Assembly (NCBI GenBank): GCA_013139765.1
Contig: WTAE01000077.1
Location: forward strand, 1-41,566
Source: Sulfurovum sp.
Lineage (GTDB): Bacteria > Campylobacterota > Campylobacteria > Campylobacterales > Sulfurovaceae
DNA length: 41,566 nt
Direction of reading: 5' to 3'
Made by a program: the position numbers and the translations under genes
Notes under the pieces: model-generated
The model's database searches: none
Told to the model about the DNA's origin: nothing
What the model saw: only the letters and a program-made list of their open reading frames with translations
Shown: piece after piece, positions 29,441 to 41,211 of the stretch
How positions within the stretch are numbered: the first letter of the stretch is position 1
Layout: the number at the start of each line of letters is the position of its first letter

Positions 29441-30246
29441 ACCAAACCTTCTCTTACTTTTAATTCTTTTTCAAATCCCCATGCTTTACGATGTTCAAGT
29501 ACTTCTGTTTTGTCTATAACTTCAATGAGCATTGACTCTTTGTCTTCTAACATCATTTCAACTTCGCCTTCAGGAGAAACCAACATCGTGTCACCATAAA
29601 ACTTCCATTTTACTTCAGAGTCAGAGTATTCTCCTAGTCTATTGGCACGTAAGATATAACAGCCATGCAAAAAAGCTTTGGTTTTAATAATCTCACGCCA
29701 TCTGTTGTGTGAACCAAAAGTAGATGCTGTAGGTAAAAGAAGTAAGTCAACCTTTTTACGTGTCACCTGTTCCCAAAAAGGATCAAAATGCAACTCAAAA
29801 CCAGCCATGACCATGACTTTAAAACCTTTTAAATTAAAACTCATCGCATCTCTAATGCTTTCTACTTTGTTGGCAAAAAACTTCTTCTCATTCCAATGTT
29901 CATAGGGTAAAAGTATTTGCTGTTCATAATAGCGTGTATTTTTAGCACTCATTTTGACAATACTTTTATAATAACCGTCTTTTTTGGCAATAATAATTGG
30001 TGCCACAAAAACAATGTCATATTTCACAGCCAATGTTTTTAAAAGTTCCAAATGTTTTTTGGTTTGCGCTTTGACCATCGCCACAGACATGGTAGCGAAC
30101 TCTTTAAAAAAGTGGTTAAGGACATACTCGCCAAGAAGCATAAGGTCAGCATCTCTTTGTTTGGCTTGTTTCAGGTAAAACTCTAAGCGTGTAGCATTCA
30201 TTCCCAAAGTAGGAAGTTGTAGTGCTGCTACAACAAGTTGTGCCAT
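29437..30246 (-). CDS. Carbon-nitrogen hydrolase (nitrilase) superfamily protein with degenerate active site
   Basis: AALQL, DLMLLGE, ANRLG and GDTMLVSPEG fold motifs; adjacent to xseB as Cj1056c is. Confidence 0.85.
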   Translation of the reverse strand: MAQLVVAALQLPTLGMNATRLEFYLKQAKQRDADLMLLGEYVLNHFFKEFATMSVAMVKAQTKKHLELLKTLAVKYDIVFVAPIIIAKKDGYYKSIVKMSAKNTRYYEQQILLPYEHWNEKKFFANKVESIRDAMSFNLKGFKVMVMAGFELHFDPFWEQVTRKKVDLLLLPTASTFGSHNRWREIIKTKAFLHGCYILRANRLGEYSDSEVKWKFYGDTMLVSPEGEVEMMLEDKESMLIEVIDKTEVLEHRKAWGFEKELKVREGLV

Positions 30247-30453
30247 CTACTCTATCTCCACATTTTGATTGGCTTGTTCTATGACAGTTATTTTTGTTTT
30301 GGCTTCTTCAATGAGTGTTTGTGCCTCTTTAATATTTTTTAGACCCTCTTCATAAAGTTTTACCGACTCTTCTAAAGTAATTTCTGGGTTCATCAATTTT
30401 TCGAGTAACATTTTTGAATGCTCTAACTTCTCTTCAAAACTTTGTGTTTTCAT
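30247..30453 (-). CDS. xseB: Exodeoxyribonuclease VII small subunit
   Basis: SFEEKL, ITLEESVKLYEEG. Confidence 0.92.
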   Translation of the reverse strand: MKTQSFEEKLEHSKMLLEKLMNPEITLEESVKLYEEGLKNIKEAQTLIEEAKTKITVIEQANQNVEIE

Positions 30454-31544
30454 GCTAACACCTTTCTTATATTCTCTTCAAATTTTTCTAACTCTACCAA
30501 AAAGGCATCATGCCCGTAGTCACTCTCTACTTCTAAGTAAGTATGTTCTTGACCATTTTTTTCCATCATCTTCGCAATGTGTTCCATCTCCGAAGGGAAA
30601 AAGAGATAATCAGAAGAAAAAGAGATCAAATGTACTGATGCTTTAATACGTAAAATCGCTTCTTCTAAAGAGTCATATCCACGGCTCAAATTAAAGGTAT
30701 TAATGGCTTTAACTATATATAGGTAAGAGAGTGGGTCAAAAATACGTGAAAAATTGTTTGTATTGTACTCCATGTAACGCTCTACTTCGTAACGCCCAAA
30801 AAGTTCAAAAAGACCATCATTATTGACATAGTTACGTCCAAACTTATCATCCATTGAATCTGGAGAAAGGTAAGAGATATGTCCTGCAATACGACCAATG
30901 GCCAAACCATCTAAACCCTCTTCTTTAAACGCATCAACTTCATAGTTTCCATGGTTAAAACGTGGGTCTCTACGTATGGCTTCTACCGCTACCTTGTTAA
31001 AACCAATCGTCCAAGGACGTGTGGCATAGGTGGCAGCCAAAGAGATGATTTCATCTGCAAAGTTTGGGTAATCCACTGCAAACTGCAAAGCTTGCATACC
31101 ACCCATTGAACCACCAACCACAGCTTTGACATGGTGAATGCCAAGTTGTGAAAGCAAGTGCATCTGTGCGCGTGTCATATCTTTGATGGTCACAACGGGG
31201 AATTTAAGTCGGTAAGGGGCTTGCGTAGAGTAATTGTTGCTCATAGGTCCGGACGTACCAAAACATGAACCTACAACATTGGTACAAATCACAAAGTATT
31301 TTTCAGTGTCTATGGCTTTGCCATCTCCAATGAGTCCATCCCACCAACCAGCTTTTCGCTCACCCTCGTACGTTCCCGCAGCGTGGTGTGAACCTGAGAG
31401 TGCATGACAAACCAAAATGACATTAGACTTGTCACTATTGAGTTCACCATATGTCTCATAAGCAATCTCATACGGTTCTAAGATACGCCCAGATTCTAAG
31501 TAAAGAGCTGCACTAAACTGTGCTGTTTTGGTTTCGATTTTCAT
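30450..31544 (-). CDS. metX: Homoserine O-acyltransferase (MetX family)
   Basis: CHALSGS, GWWDGLIG, GGSMGG, YGHDAFL. Confidence 0.95.
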   Translation of the reverse strand: MKIETKTAQFSAALYLESGRILEPYEIAYETYGELNSDKSNVILVCHALSGSHHAAGTYEGERKAGWWDGLIGDGKAIDTEKYFVICTNVVGSCFGTSGPMSNNYSTQAPYRLKFPVVTIKDMTRAQMHLLSQLGIHHVKAVVGGSMGGMQALQFAVDYPNFADEIISLAATYATRPWTIGFNKVAVEAIRRDPRFNHGNYEVDAFKEEGLDGLAIGRIAGHISYLSPDSMDDKFGRNYVNNDGLFELFGRYEVERYMEYNTNNFSRIFDPLSYLYIVKAINTFNLSRGYDSLEEAILRIKASVHLISFSSDYLFFPSEMEHIAKMMEKNGQEHTYLEVESDYGHDAFLVELEKFEENIRKVLA

Positions 31545-31599
31545 AAAGTACTTTTGTGTCTAAATTTAATTGTAATATTTTATCGTATTTGTGCTTTGC

Positions 31600-31697
31600 T
31601 TTGTAGGTCGGGGTTCCCTCAGCCCGACAAGAGATTTAAATAATATAATATTTTTATATACATATTGATGTCGGAGTGAGGCACCCCGACCTACAAA
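31600..31697. repeat. GTAG-family REP doublet (REPIN-like)
   Basis: TTTGTAGGTCGGGGTTCCCTCAGCCCGACA (31600-31629) and an inverted copy TGTCGGAGTGAGGCACCCCGACCTACAAA (31669-31697). Each has GTAG followed by its own hairpin; an AT-rich spacer separates them. Confidence 0.85.
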
Positions 31698-32960
31698 TTA
31701 GCCCAATGCCTTCGTTAAATCATCAATCAAATCTTGCGTATCTTCCAATCCTACAGACAATCTTACAAGCCCAGCAGGAACCCCTGCTTCTATAAGTTCA
31801 TTCTCTGATAGCTGTTGGTGTGTGGTGCTTGCAGGATGGGTAATAATAGACTTAGAGTCGCCAATGTTTACAACCACTGCAAAGATATCTGTGCTATCTG
31901 CAATTTTCTGCGCTGTTTCTTTGTCTGCTACCTCAAAAGAGAGTAAACCACTTGCCATGCCATTTTTAAAATATTTTTGCGCGAGTGTATAGTGGCTGCT
32001 GGACTTCAGTCCTGGGTAGTTTACTTTAGATACTTTAGGATGTGCCTCTAAAAATTCTGCAATAGTAAGTGCAGAAGATGAGTGTTGTTTCATACGCAGT
32101 GGCAAAGTCTCAAGCCCTTGAATATGTAACCATGAGTTAAAAGGTGCTGGTGTTGCTCCTAAATCACGCATAAGTGAGAGTCTTACTCTCAAGGTAAAGA
32201 GTGGCAAAGGCAAGTCCGAATACACAAGCCCATGGTACGAGTCATCTGGCTCATTAAAGTGACTGTAGCGTGCATTGCCTTTAATCATATCAACCAAGCC
32301 TTTTCTCTCGACCAAAATTCCACCTAGTGCAAGCCCCTGCCCTGTGGTGTATTTACTTGTAGAGTGCACAACAATGTCTACTCCATACTCAAAAGGTTTA
32401 CACAAGATTGGTGTTGCCACAGTGTTATCTACACAAGTCATAATGTTATGTTTTTTAGCGATGTCAACAATAGCCTCAAAGTCTGCCACATCAATACTTG
32501 GATTCGTAATACTTTCAAAAATGATAATCTTTGTTTTTTCATCTATAAGTGCTTCAATTTCCGAAGGGTTATTCACATTAAAATAATGTGTTTTAATACC
32601 AAAACGTTTAAGCGTATGTCCTGTTAATGTTGTGGTCCCACCATACACTTGTTTCGCAACAATGATGTTATCTCCCGCTTCAGCCACGTTGGCGATAGCA
32701 TAAAAGATAGCAGCCATTCCAGAAGCAGTAGCAATTGCTGCTTCCCCACCTTCAAGTGCAGCAAAACGCTTTTCAAATACATCTGAAGTTGGGTTCATCA
32801 AACGTGTATAAATGTTCCCAAGTTCTTTCAGTGCAAAAAGGTTTGCTGCGTGTTCTGTATCTCTAAATTCATACGCTGTTGTTTGGTAAATAGGAACAGC
32901 CATAGTCCCCATAGCATCTTTTTCATATCCAGCATGGATAGCAAGTGTTTGATCGTGCAT
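31698..32960 (-). CDS. metY: O-acetylhomoserine sulfhydrylase
   Basis: PIYQTTAY, YTRLMNPT, ASGMAA, DNT, HSTSKY (PLP lysine), HPASTTHQQL. Confidence 0.95.
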   Translation of the reverse strand: MHDQTLAIHAGYEKDAMGTMAVPIYQTTAYEFRDTEHAANLFALKELGNIYTRLMNPTSDVFEKRFAALEGGEAAIATASGMAAIFYAIANVAEAGDNIIVAKQVYGGTTTLTGHTLKRFGIKTHYFNVNNPSEIEALIDEKTKIIIFESITNPSIDVADFEAIVDIAKKHNIMTCVDNTVATPILCKPFEYGVDIVVHSTSKYTTGQGLALGGILVERKGLVDMIKGNARYSHFNEPDDSYHGLVYSDLPLPLFTLRVRLSLMRDLGATPAPFNSWLHIQGLETLPLRMKQHSSSALTIAEFLEAHPKVSKVNYPGLKSSSHYTLAQKYFKNGMASGLLSFEVADKETAQKIADSTDIFAVVVNIGDSKSIITHPASTTHQQLSENELIEAGVPAGLVRLSVGLEDTQDLIDDLTKALG

Positions 32961-33028
32961 TATTTCCCCTTAATAAATTACTTTTATAAGTATATCTTGT
33001 GGGTGCTTGGAGTTATGTTTATATTGCG

Positions 33029-33325
33029 CTATGAAGCATGATAAAGATTTACTTCTCCATCAATCTTCATTGATAAACTATCACGTGCAGTCTCTAAGTC
33101 AAATCGATTTTGCAAATTCATCCAAAACTCTGCAGAATTACCAAAAAACTTTGCAAGCCTTAGTGCTGTATCAGCAGTAATAGATCTCTTCTTATTCACA
33201 ATCTCATTAATTCGTCTTGGCGTTACATGGAGTGCCTTAGCTAAAGCATTTTGACTTAGTTCATACGGCTGCATAAAGTCTTCTAAGAGTATCTCTCCAG
33301 CGTGTATAGGTGTTATTTTATTCAT
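33029..33325 (-). CDS. higA: HigA-family antitoxin (HTH-XRE)
   Basis: PIHAGEIL, RINEIV, TADTALRL, FWMNLQ. Confidence 0.93.
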   Translation of the reverse strand: MNKITPIHAGEILLEDFMQPYELSQNALAKALHVTPRRINEIVNKKRSITADTALRLAKFFGNSAEFWMNLQNRFDLETARDSLSMKIDGEVNLYHAS

Positions 33326-33334
33326 AGAATCTCC

Positions 33335-33616
33335 TTAATGATAATCTACTATCTCAACATCAAATGCAAAACCATTTTCCCATACAAAGCAAATACGGTA
33401 TTGTTTATTAACACGAATACTATACTGTCCATCTCTATTGCCCGATAATTTTTCCAATCTATTTGCAGGTGGGATTTTAAGATCATCCACATCTATAGAA
33501 GCTTCAATCATCAAAAGTTTTTTATAGGCTGTTCTTTGTATATCTTGTGGTAGCTTTTTAGAGAATTCTCGTTTATATATTTTATGGGTCTCTTTGCACT
33601 TAAATGTCTTTATCAT
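33335..33616 (-). CDS. higB: HigB/RelE-family toxin
   Basis: MIKTFKCKET, PPANRLEKLSG, YSIRVNKQYRICF, VDYH; start at ATG 33616. Confidence 0.93.
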   Translation of the reverse strand: MIKTFKCKETHKIYKREFSKKLPQDIQRTAYKKLLMIEASIDVDDLKIPPANRLEKLSGNRDGQYSIRVNKQYRICFVWENGFAFDVEIVDYH

Positions 33617-33622
33617 AACTAG

Positions 33623-33651
33623 AGTATAGCACATATGTCGTTATATGTAAA
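33623..33651 (-). promoter_or_regulatory. higBA promoter with palindromic operator
   Basis: TTTACA-17 nt-TATACT (with extended TG) ending 6 nt before the ATG; an ACATAT-N-ATATGT inverted repeat spans the spacer. Confidence 0.75.
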
Positions 33652-33727
33652 GTTTTAGCTACTAATACATTATGTATACTGCGAGATTTAATGTATCTAT
33701 AAGTGATATTTTACAGTTTGAAGTATG

Positions 33728-33753
33728 CGTTACAACCTTTGCAAGGTGTAACG
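33728..33753. other. Bulged hairpin CGTTACAACCTT-TGC-AAGGTGTAACG
   Basis: Seen directly; no U-tract on the 3' side of either strand. Confidence 0.55.
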
Positions 33754-33772
33754 AGAGAAGAAAAGAAAATTG

Positions 33773-35639
<1,867 letters not shown>

Positions 35640-35654
35640 TTAGTCCTTTGGTGT

Positions 35655-36998
35655 TTATTTATAATTTACAACTTTTTCAAGGCTAGCTGCGCCATCAAAA
35701 AGTATTTTTTCGTTAAATGCTTTAGCAATAAGTTGTAGACCAACTGGCATGCCTTCAGCGTTTTTGCCTACAGGTACAGAAATACCCGGAAGTCCTGCTA
35801 GGTTTACACCCAGTGTGTACATATCTGACTTATACATTTCTAACGCAGACTCTGTTGCGTGCATTTTAGGTGCCACTGCAGGTGCTACGGGAGAAAGGAT
35901 AAGGTCTGCCTCTTCAAAGATGGCATTAAACTCATCACGAATGAGGTGTCTTACTTTTTGTGCTTTCACGTAATACGCATCGTAATACCCTGATGAAAGT
36001 ACAAAGTTACCAAGCATAATACGTCTTTTTACCTCTTCACCAAAACCTTCGCTTCGTGAGTTGTAAAACATCTCTTCTGTCGTTTTAGACTCTGCTCTTG
36101 TTCCATAACGTACACCATCATAACGTGCCAAGTTAGTTGCCGCTTCAGCCGTGGCCAGTACATAATACGTCGCAATGTCATACTTAGTGTTTGAAAGTTC
36201 TTTTCTTACAATGGTATGTCCAGCAGCTTCAAGTTTAGCCACAGTCTCAGTAAATGCTTTTTGAATGTCTGCATCTGCTGCTTCCACATACGAGTCGATG
36301 ACGGCAATCGTCAGTTTCACATCTGGGTTAAGGTTATTTGCAATGTCTTCAATTTCAAAATCTGCAGAAGTTGAATCTTTGTCATCATGCCCTTTAATGG
36401 CATCATACAAAATAGCAGCATCTTCGACATTTTGCGTGATAGGTCCAATTTGGTCAAGACTTGAAGCATAAGCACCCAAACCAAAACGACTCACACGACC
36501 ATAAGTAGGCTTCATGCCTACACAACCACAGTATGCAGCAGGTTGGCGAATGGATCCACCTGTATCAGAACCAAGTGCTGCAATGGCAATGCCACCGGCA
36601 ACAGCAGCAGCAGAACCTCCTGAAGATCCTCCTGGTACTCTGTCCTCTGCATGTGGATTTTTAGTTGGTCCATAAAAAGAACTTTCAGTCGTAGAACCCA
36701 TGGCAAATTCATCCATGTTAGCACGACCAAAAGCCATCATTCCTTTGGACTTCAAGTTTTTAATCACAGTGGCTTCATACGGTGCAATGTACCCTTGAAG
36801 GATTTTAGAACCACCCGTTACAGGCCAATCTTTGACTTGAATGTTATCTTTAATCAAAATGGGAATACCCGCACCTGAAGACTCAAATCCTACATAAGCG
36901 TTAAGATCAGACGCTTTGGCTTTTACTTCGAGCTCTGCTCTAAGAAGTTCAAGTTCTTCATTTGATTTTGTTAATGCTTCTTTTAATGTAATCAACAT
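35655..36998 (-). CDS. gatA: Asp/Glu-tRNA amidotransferase subunit A
   Basis: [43 protein letters not shown]. Confidence 0.97.
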   Translation of the reverse strand: MLITLKEALTKSNEELELLRAELEVKAKASDLNAYVGFESSGAGIPILIKDNIQVKDWPVTGGSKILQGYIAPYEATVIKNLKSKGMMAFGRANMDEFAMGSTTESSFYGPTKNPHAEDRVPGGSSGGSAAAVAGGIAIAALGSDTGGSIRQPAAYCGCVGMKPTYGRVSRFGLGAYASSLDQIGPITQNVEDAAILYDAIKGHDDKDSTSADFEIEDIANNLNPDVKLTIAVIDSYVEAADADIQKAFTETVAKLEAAGHTIVRKELSNTKYDIATYYVLATAEAATNLARYDGVRYGTRAESKTTEEMFYNSRSEGFGEEVKRRIMLGNFVLSSGYYDAYYVKAQKVRHLIRDEFNAIFEEADLILSPVAPAVAPKMHATESALEMYKSDMYTLGVNLAGLPGISVPVGKNAEGMPVGLQLIAKAFNEKILFDGAASLEKVVNYK

Positions 36999-37004
36999 TT
37001 TTCC

Positions 37005-37130
37005 TTATTTGATATCTAATTTCTTTTTATAATACGACACAAGCGCCAAACCAAGACCAACCACAGCCAAAATAAAAACAATAGAACCAGCTATCACTTC
37101 CATCCCGATGGGTTGAGTCATGTCAAACAT
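37005..37130 (-). CDS. 41-aa single-pass membrane protein
   Basis: Below the ORF-track cutoff: MFDMTQPIGMEVIAGSIVFILAVVGLGLALVSYYKKKLDIK. Its ATG overlaps the ileS stop (TAATG) and its stop overlaps the gatA RBS (TAAGGA). Confidence 0.8.
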   Translation of the reverse strand: MFDMTQPIGMEVIAGSIVFILAVVGLGLALVSYYKKKLDIK

Positions 37131-39883
37131 TAAGCAACTACCTTGGCACAACGTTCACAGGCACAGTCTTCAGAAGTGGAAGTAAATCTCCAACATCTTG
37201 GACATTTAGCAGCAGATGCTTTATGGACAGTAAATGTTTTGCCTTCTACTTCAAATGAAGCCACTTGTTCACTCTCGGAGCTTGATTTGATGTCTGAAAC
37301 CACAAACCAATCTTCCAAATCTTTTGAATCATTAATCGCAAATATACTTGTATCCCCTGCTATCTCAACTTCAAGTGTAGACTTCATAAGCTTCTCTTTT
37401 TTAAGCTTATCAACGGCTTCTGAAAACTTCACTCTTGCTTCTAGAAGTATGGCATCGTCAAATGAAGCTTCCACTTTTGGTACTTCAACATAGAGAAGAT
37501 CAAATACATTTTCCATCCCATCTTTAAAGAGTGCAGGCGCGTATTCAAGAATCTCATCTGCAGTATACGTTAATACAGGAGCTATAAGTCCAAGCATTGC
37601 TTTAGAGATGTGTGCCATTGCAGATTGAGTTGCACGTCTTACTGGATCGTTTTTATCTTCACAATAGAGTCTGTCTTTGGTGATATCCATGTAGATACCT
37701 GAAAGTTCATTGGTGATGAAGTGGTTCAGTGTTGCAAAACCTCTTAAGAAGTCATACGCATCAAAACTCGCTTTTACTGAAGCAAATACTTCTGAAGATT
37801 TATTTAAAACCCATCTGTCTAGTTCACCATAAGCATCATTTGCAACATAAGCATTTAAGTCATCGACATTTGCAAGTAAAAATCTAAAGGTGTTACGTAT
37901 TTTTCTGTACTGCTCAGCCGTTTGTTTTAAAATAGGATCAGAGATTTTTAAATCTGACTGATAATCAGAAAGGGCAACCCATAGTCTTAGAATTTCTGAA
38001 CCATACTGTTTAATGACTTTATCTGGGGCAACCACGTTACCCTTAGACTTAGACATTTTTTCACCTTTATCATCCACAGTAAAACCGTGGGTAATAAGTG
38101 TTTTGTACGGAGACACTTCATTCACTGCTGAAGAGAGTAAAAGGGAAGACTGGAACCAACCTCTATGTTGGTCAGAACCTTCAATGTACAATGATGCTGG
38201 GTATTCTCCCGCATCGTAGTTTCCTGAACCTAGTACAGAATTCCATGTAGATCCAGAATCAAACCATACATCTAAAATGTCAGAAATCTTTTCTAAGTCA
38301 TCTGGATTGTATTTTGTGTTCGCTGGTAAAAGTGCATCGTTGCTCATTGCATACCAAGCATCTGCGCCATGAATGTCAAAAAGTGCTGCGATATGTTCAA
38401 GTACATCCTGATCAAAAATAACCTCTTTGGTACTTTTGATTCTAAAGAATGCAATAGGTACACCCCATGAACGTTGACGAGAGATACACCAGTCAGGTCT
38501 ACCCTCAATCATTGGTTTAAGACGATTTTTTGACGTTGCTGGGTAGAAGTCTACATTTTCAATAGCATTTAGTGCTGTATCACGTAGCGTATCTTTAGCA
38601 CCTTCAGCCTTGTCATCAATAGAGATAAACCATTGGTTGGTTGCTCTATAAATCAATGGTTTTTTAGTTCTCCAACAGTGTGGGTATGAGTGCATAAACT
38701 TACTTTGTTTCAGTAAAGAGTCACCCAACATTTCTAAAATTGGTTCATTCGCTTTAAAGATGTGCATGCCTACAAACTCTTCAGGGTTAGGAAGTAAGTT
38801 CAATCCGACAACAGACTCATCATAACATCCTCTTTCATCCACTGGCATCACTACATCAAGACCATATTTGAGTCCTACTTTGTAATCGTCTTCACCGTGC
38901 CCTGGCGCTGTATGTACACATCCTGTACCACCATCCATAAGGACATGGTCTCCAAGTACAATCGTAGAAGTTCTACCATTTACTGGGTTAATCGCAAGAA
39001 GATTTTCAAGTTCAGTAGCAGCAAACTTACGTGAAGCATGTCCTGAGACAACACCCTCTTCTACCATCGCGTCATGACGCACTTCTGCAACAATATGACC
39101 ATCATCTGTAAGTACGTACATCTCTTCAGGATTCAGTGAAATCCCTGTATTGGCAGGAAGTGTCCAGGGTGTTGTTGTCCAAATGACAAGTCCAGCTTTT
39201 CCCTCTACCCCTACTTTTTCTTTGGCAGCATCTGAGAGTTCAAAGTGTACATACAAAGAATAATCTTCTTTGTCTTCATACTCTACTTCTGCATCAGCCA
39301 ATGCTGTTCTTGCTGCCCATGACCAGAAAATTGGTTTATGTCTTTCAACAAGTAAACCTTTTTGCGCCACTTCACAAAGTGTTCTGTAAATGTTGGCTTC
39401 AAATTTAAAGTCCATTGTGACATAAGGGTTTTCCCAGTCAGCAATGATTCCTAACTGTTTAAAACCATCTCTTTGGATGTCAACAAACTTTGCAGCGTGC
39501 GCACGACAAAGCTCTCTAAACTTCTCTGTTGGCATTGCTTCTTTTTTGCTTTTACCAAGTTTCTCTTCAACTTTTTGCTCAATAGGTAAGCCATGACAAT
39601 CCCATCCTGGCGTCATACGTACGGCTTTACCTTGAAAATAGTTGTATTTTAAGATGATGTCTTTGAGTGTTTTGTTCAGTGCATGACCAATGTGAATGTC
39701 ACCATTGGCATAAGGAGGTCCATCATGAAGTGTAAACATTTCTGCACCTTCACGTTTTGTCTTCATTTGCTCGTAAATACCTGCATCATACCATGCATTA
39801 TACTTTTTAGGTTCGTTTGTTGGGAGGTTTCCACGCATTGGGAAATCAGTTTTGGGAAGGAGAAGTGTGTCTTTGTAATCCAT
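37130..39883 (-). CDS. ileS: Isoleucine--tRNA ligase (type 1)
   Basis: HIGH, WTTTPWT, KMSKS, C-terminal CPRC..CERC; start at ATG 39883 (MDYKDTL); -10 element at 39935-39940. Confidence 0.98.
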   Translation of the reverse strand: MDYKDTLLLPKTDFPMRGNLPTNEPKKYNAWYDAGIYEQMKTKREGAEMFTLHDGPPYANGDIHIGHALNKTLKDIILKYNYFQGKAVRMTPGWDCHGLPIEQKVEEKLGKSKKEAMPTEKFRELCRAHAAKFVDIQRDGFKQLGIIADWENPYVTMDFKFEANIYRTLCEVAQKGLLVERHKPIFWSWAARTALADAEVEYEDKEDYSLYVHFELSDAAKEKVGVEGKAGLVIWTTTPWTLPANTGISLNPEEMYVLTDDGHIVAEVRHDAMVEEGVVSGHASRKFAATELENLLAINPVNGRTSTIVLGDHVLMDGGTGCVHTAPGHGEDDYKVGLKYGLDVVMPVDERGCYDESVVGLNLLPNPEEFVGMHIFKANEPILEMLGDSLLKQSKFMHSYPHCWRTKKPLIYRATNQWFISIDDKAEGAKDTLRDTALNAIENVDFYPATSKNRLKPMIEGRPDWCISRQRSWGVPIAFFRIKSTKEVIFDQDVLEHIAALFDIHGADAWYAMSNDALLPANTKYNPDDLEKISDILDVWFDSGSTWNSVLGSGNYDAGEYPASLYIEGSDQHRGWFQSSLLLSSAVNEVSPYKTLITHGFTVDDKGEKMSKSKGNVVAPDKVIKQYGSEILRLWVALSDYQSDLKISDPILKQTAEQYRKIRNTFRFLLANVDDLNAYVANDAYGELDRWVLNKSSEVFASVKASFDAYDFLRGFATLNHFITNELSGIYMDITKDRLYCEDKNDPVRRATQSAMAHISKAMLGLIAPVLTYTADEILEYAPALFKDGMENVFDLLYVEVPKVEASFDDAILLEARVKFSEAVDKLKKEKLMKSTLEVEIAGDTSIFAINDSKDLEDWFVVSDIKSSSESEQVASFEVEGKTFTVHKASAAKCPRCWRFTSTSEDCACERCAKVVA

Positions 39884-40012
39884 AGTCGATAATACCTTCA
39901 TATTTAGCTTTTGCTTGTGTTATATTATCGTGAGATTATATCCAAAAGATGATTATACTATACTGTAGACTGCTCTGGCGTGATTTGTAAGAGATTTTGT
40001 TATAATGTAACT

Positions 40013-40495
40013 ATGAAAACAAATCACACTAATGTCAAAAAAATCATTGAAGAACTCACCACAAGAAAACAAAGCATCTCTTTTGCTGAGTCTTGTACAG
40101 GTGGGCAGATTGCCGCAGCTTTTACTTCCATTTCAGGAGCTTCTGCTGTCTTAAATGGTTCTATGGTTACTTACTCTAATGAAATTAAACATTCTTGGCT
40201 TGGTGTTGAGCAAAAAGTATTAGAAACTTTTGGTGCAGTTAGTAAAGAGTGCGTCTCTCAAATGTTGGCAGGTATACAAAAAACTTCAGGCGCAGATTAT
40301 GTCTTAGCTGTCTCTGGAATAGCCGGTCCAACTGGCGGAACAGATGAAAAACCTGTGGGTACTGTCTATATTGGTATTAAATCAGCCGAAAATGAAGAGG
40401 TAAACCATTGTCTTTTTAAAGGTGACAGAGCCTCAATACAAGCGCAATCTACAGCCTTTGCGATACAGAAACTAGAAGAAGTTTTAGAAATTTAA
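40013..40495 (+). CDS. CinA C-terminal domain / NMN deamidase (PncC-like)
   Basis: AESCTGG, GAS, TYSNEIK, GAVS, SGIAGPTGG, KPVGTV; start at ATG 40013. Confidence 0.92.
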   Translation: MKTNHTNVKKIIEELTTRKQSISFAESCTGGQIAAAFTSISGASAVLNGSMVTYSNEIKHSWLGVEQKVLETFGAVSKECVSQMLAGIQKTSGADYVLAVSGIAGPTGGTDEKPVGTVYIGIKSAENEEVNHCLFKGDRASIQAQSTAFAIQKLEEVLEI

Positions 40496-40514
40496 AACTT
40501 TTGTCCAATATCTC

Positions 40515-40543
40515 TTGACAATATAAGCTTTATGGGCTATAAT
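40515..40543 (+). promoter_or_regulatory. Consensus sigma70 promoter of the tRNA operon
   Basis: TTGACA-17 nt-TATAAT followed by a GC-rich discriminator. Confidence 0.9.
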
Positions 40544-40580
40544 TCCGTCCACTTATTCAAGTAATAAGGACGTAAACAGT

Positions 40581-40656
40581 GACCTTTTAGCTCAGTTGGT
40601 AGAGCAATTCCCTTTTAAGGAATGGGCCCATGGTTCGAATCCATGAAGGGTCACCA
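40581..40656 (+). tRNA. tRNA-Lys(UUU)
   Basis: Cloverleaf: GACCTTT/AAGGGTC acceptor stem, anticodon loop CTTTTAA, TTCGAAT T-loop, encoded CCA. Confidence 0.97.
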
Positions 40657-40681
40657 CTTTTTACAATTTATAGTGTTATGT

Positions 40682-40758
40682 GCGGTGGTAGTTCAGTTGG
40701 TTAGAATACCTGCCTGTCACGCAGGGGGTCGCGAGTTCGAATCTCGTCCACCGCGCCA
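40682..40758 (+). tRNA. tRNA-Asp(GUC)
   Basis: GCGGTGG/CCACCGC acceptor stem, anticodon loop CTGTCAC, G73 discriminator, CCA. Confidence 0.97.
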
Positions 40759-41130
40759 CTTCTTTTTACAAACAAATCAAAAAATAATATAATCATAATA
40801 CTAAACTCTAATAATCAATACCTTAATTATTTTTACAATAATAATATCACAGCATCATTCTTCTATAAACCAACCTCTTCTTTTTAATTTCTAGCTTAAA
40901 ACATAAGTAGTTCCTAGTAAATATTGCTAATAATTTTATAGCAATTTTGTAATTATTTAATGATAATTTTATCACAAAAATATTTTAAATTTTGTATTTT
41001 TTTCAAAAAAATTATCAAATTATTTTCAAAGTTAAATCCTTAGTAGAGCCTACGTATACAGTATTTGTGAGATTATTTACTTCTTTGTTTTTAACTGTCA
41101 AGTATAATTTTTTTAAATACTAAAATTTAG

Positions 41131-41159
41131 TGAATATCTATTCAATTTCCTGATATAAT
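41131..41159 (+). promoter_or_regulatory. Putative nrf promoter (extended -10 TGaTATAAT) with upstream palindrome
   Basis: TATAAT at 41154-41159; TGAATA-TC-TATTCA at 41131-41144. Confidence 0.55.
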
Positions 41160-41211
41160 TCCAGCGTCTTTTCGAGAACAATTTAAAAATTAATCTTATA
41201 AAGGAGGAAAA

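Noticed and set aside
32961-33028. Possible SAM riboswitch or T-box upstream of metY-metX
   Set aside because: Only 68 nt, AT-rich, with no aptamer motifs or terminator.
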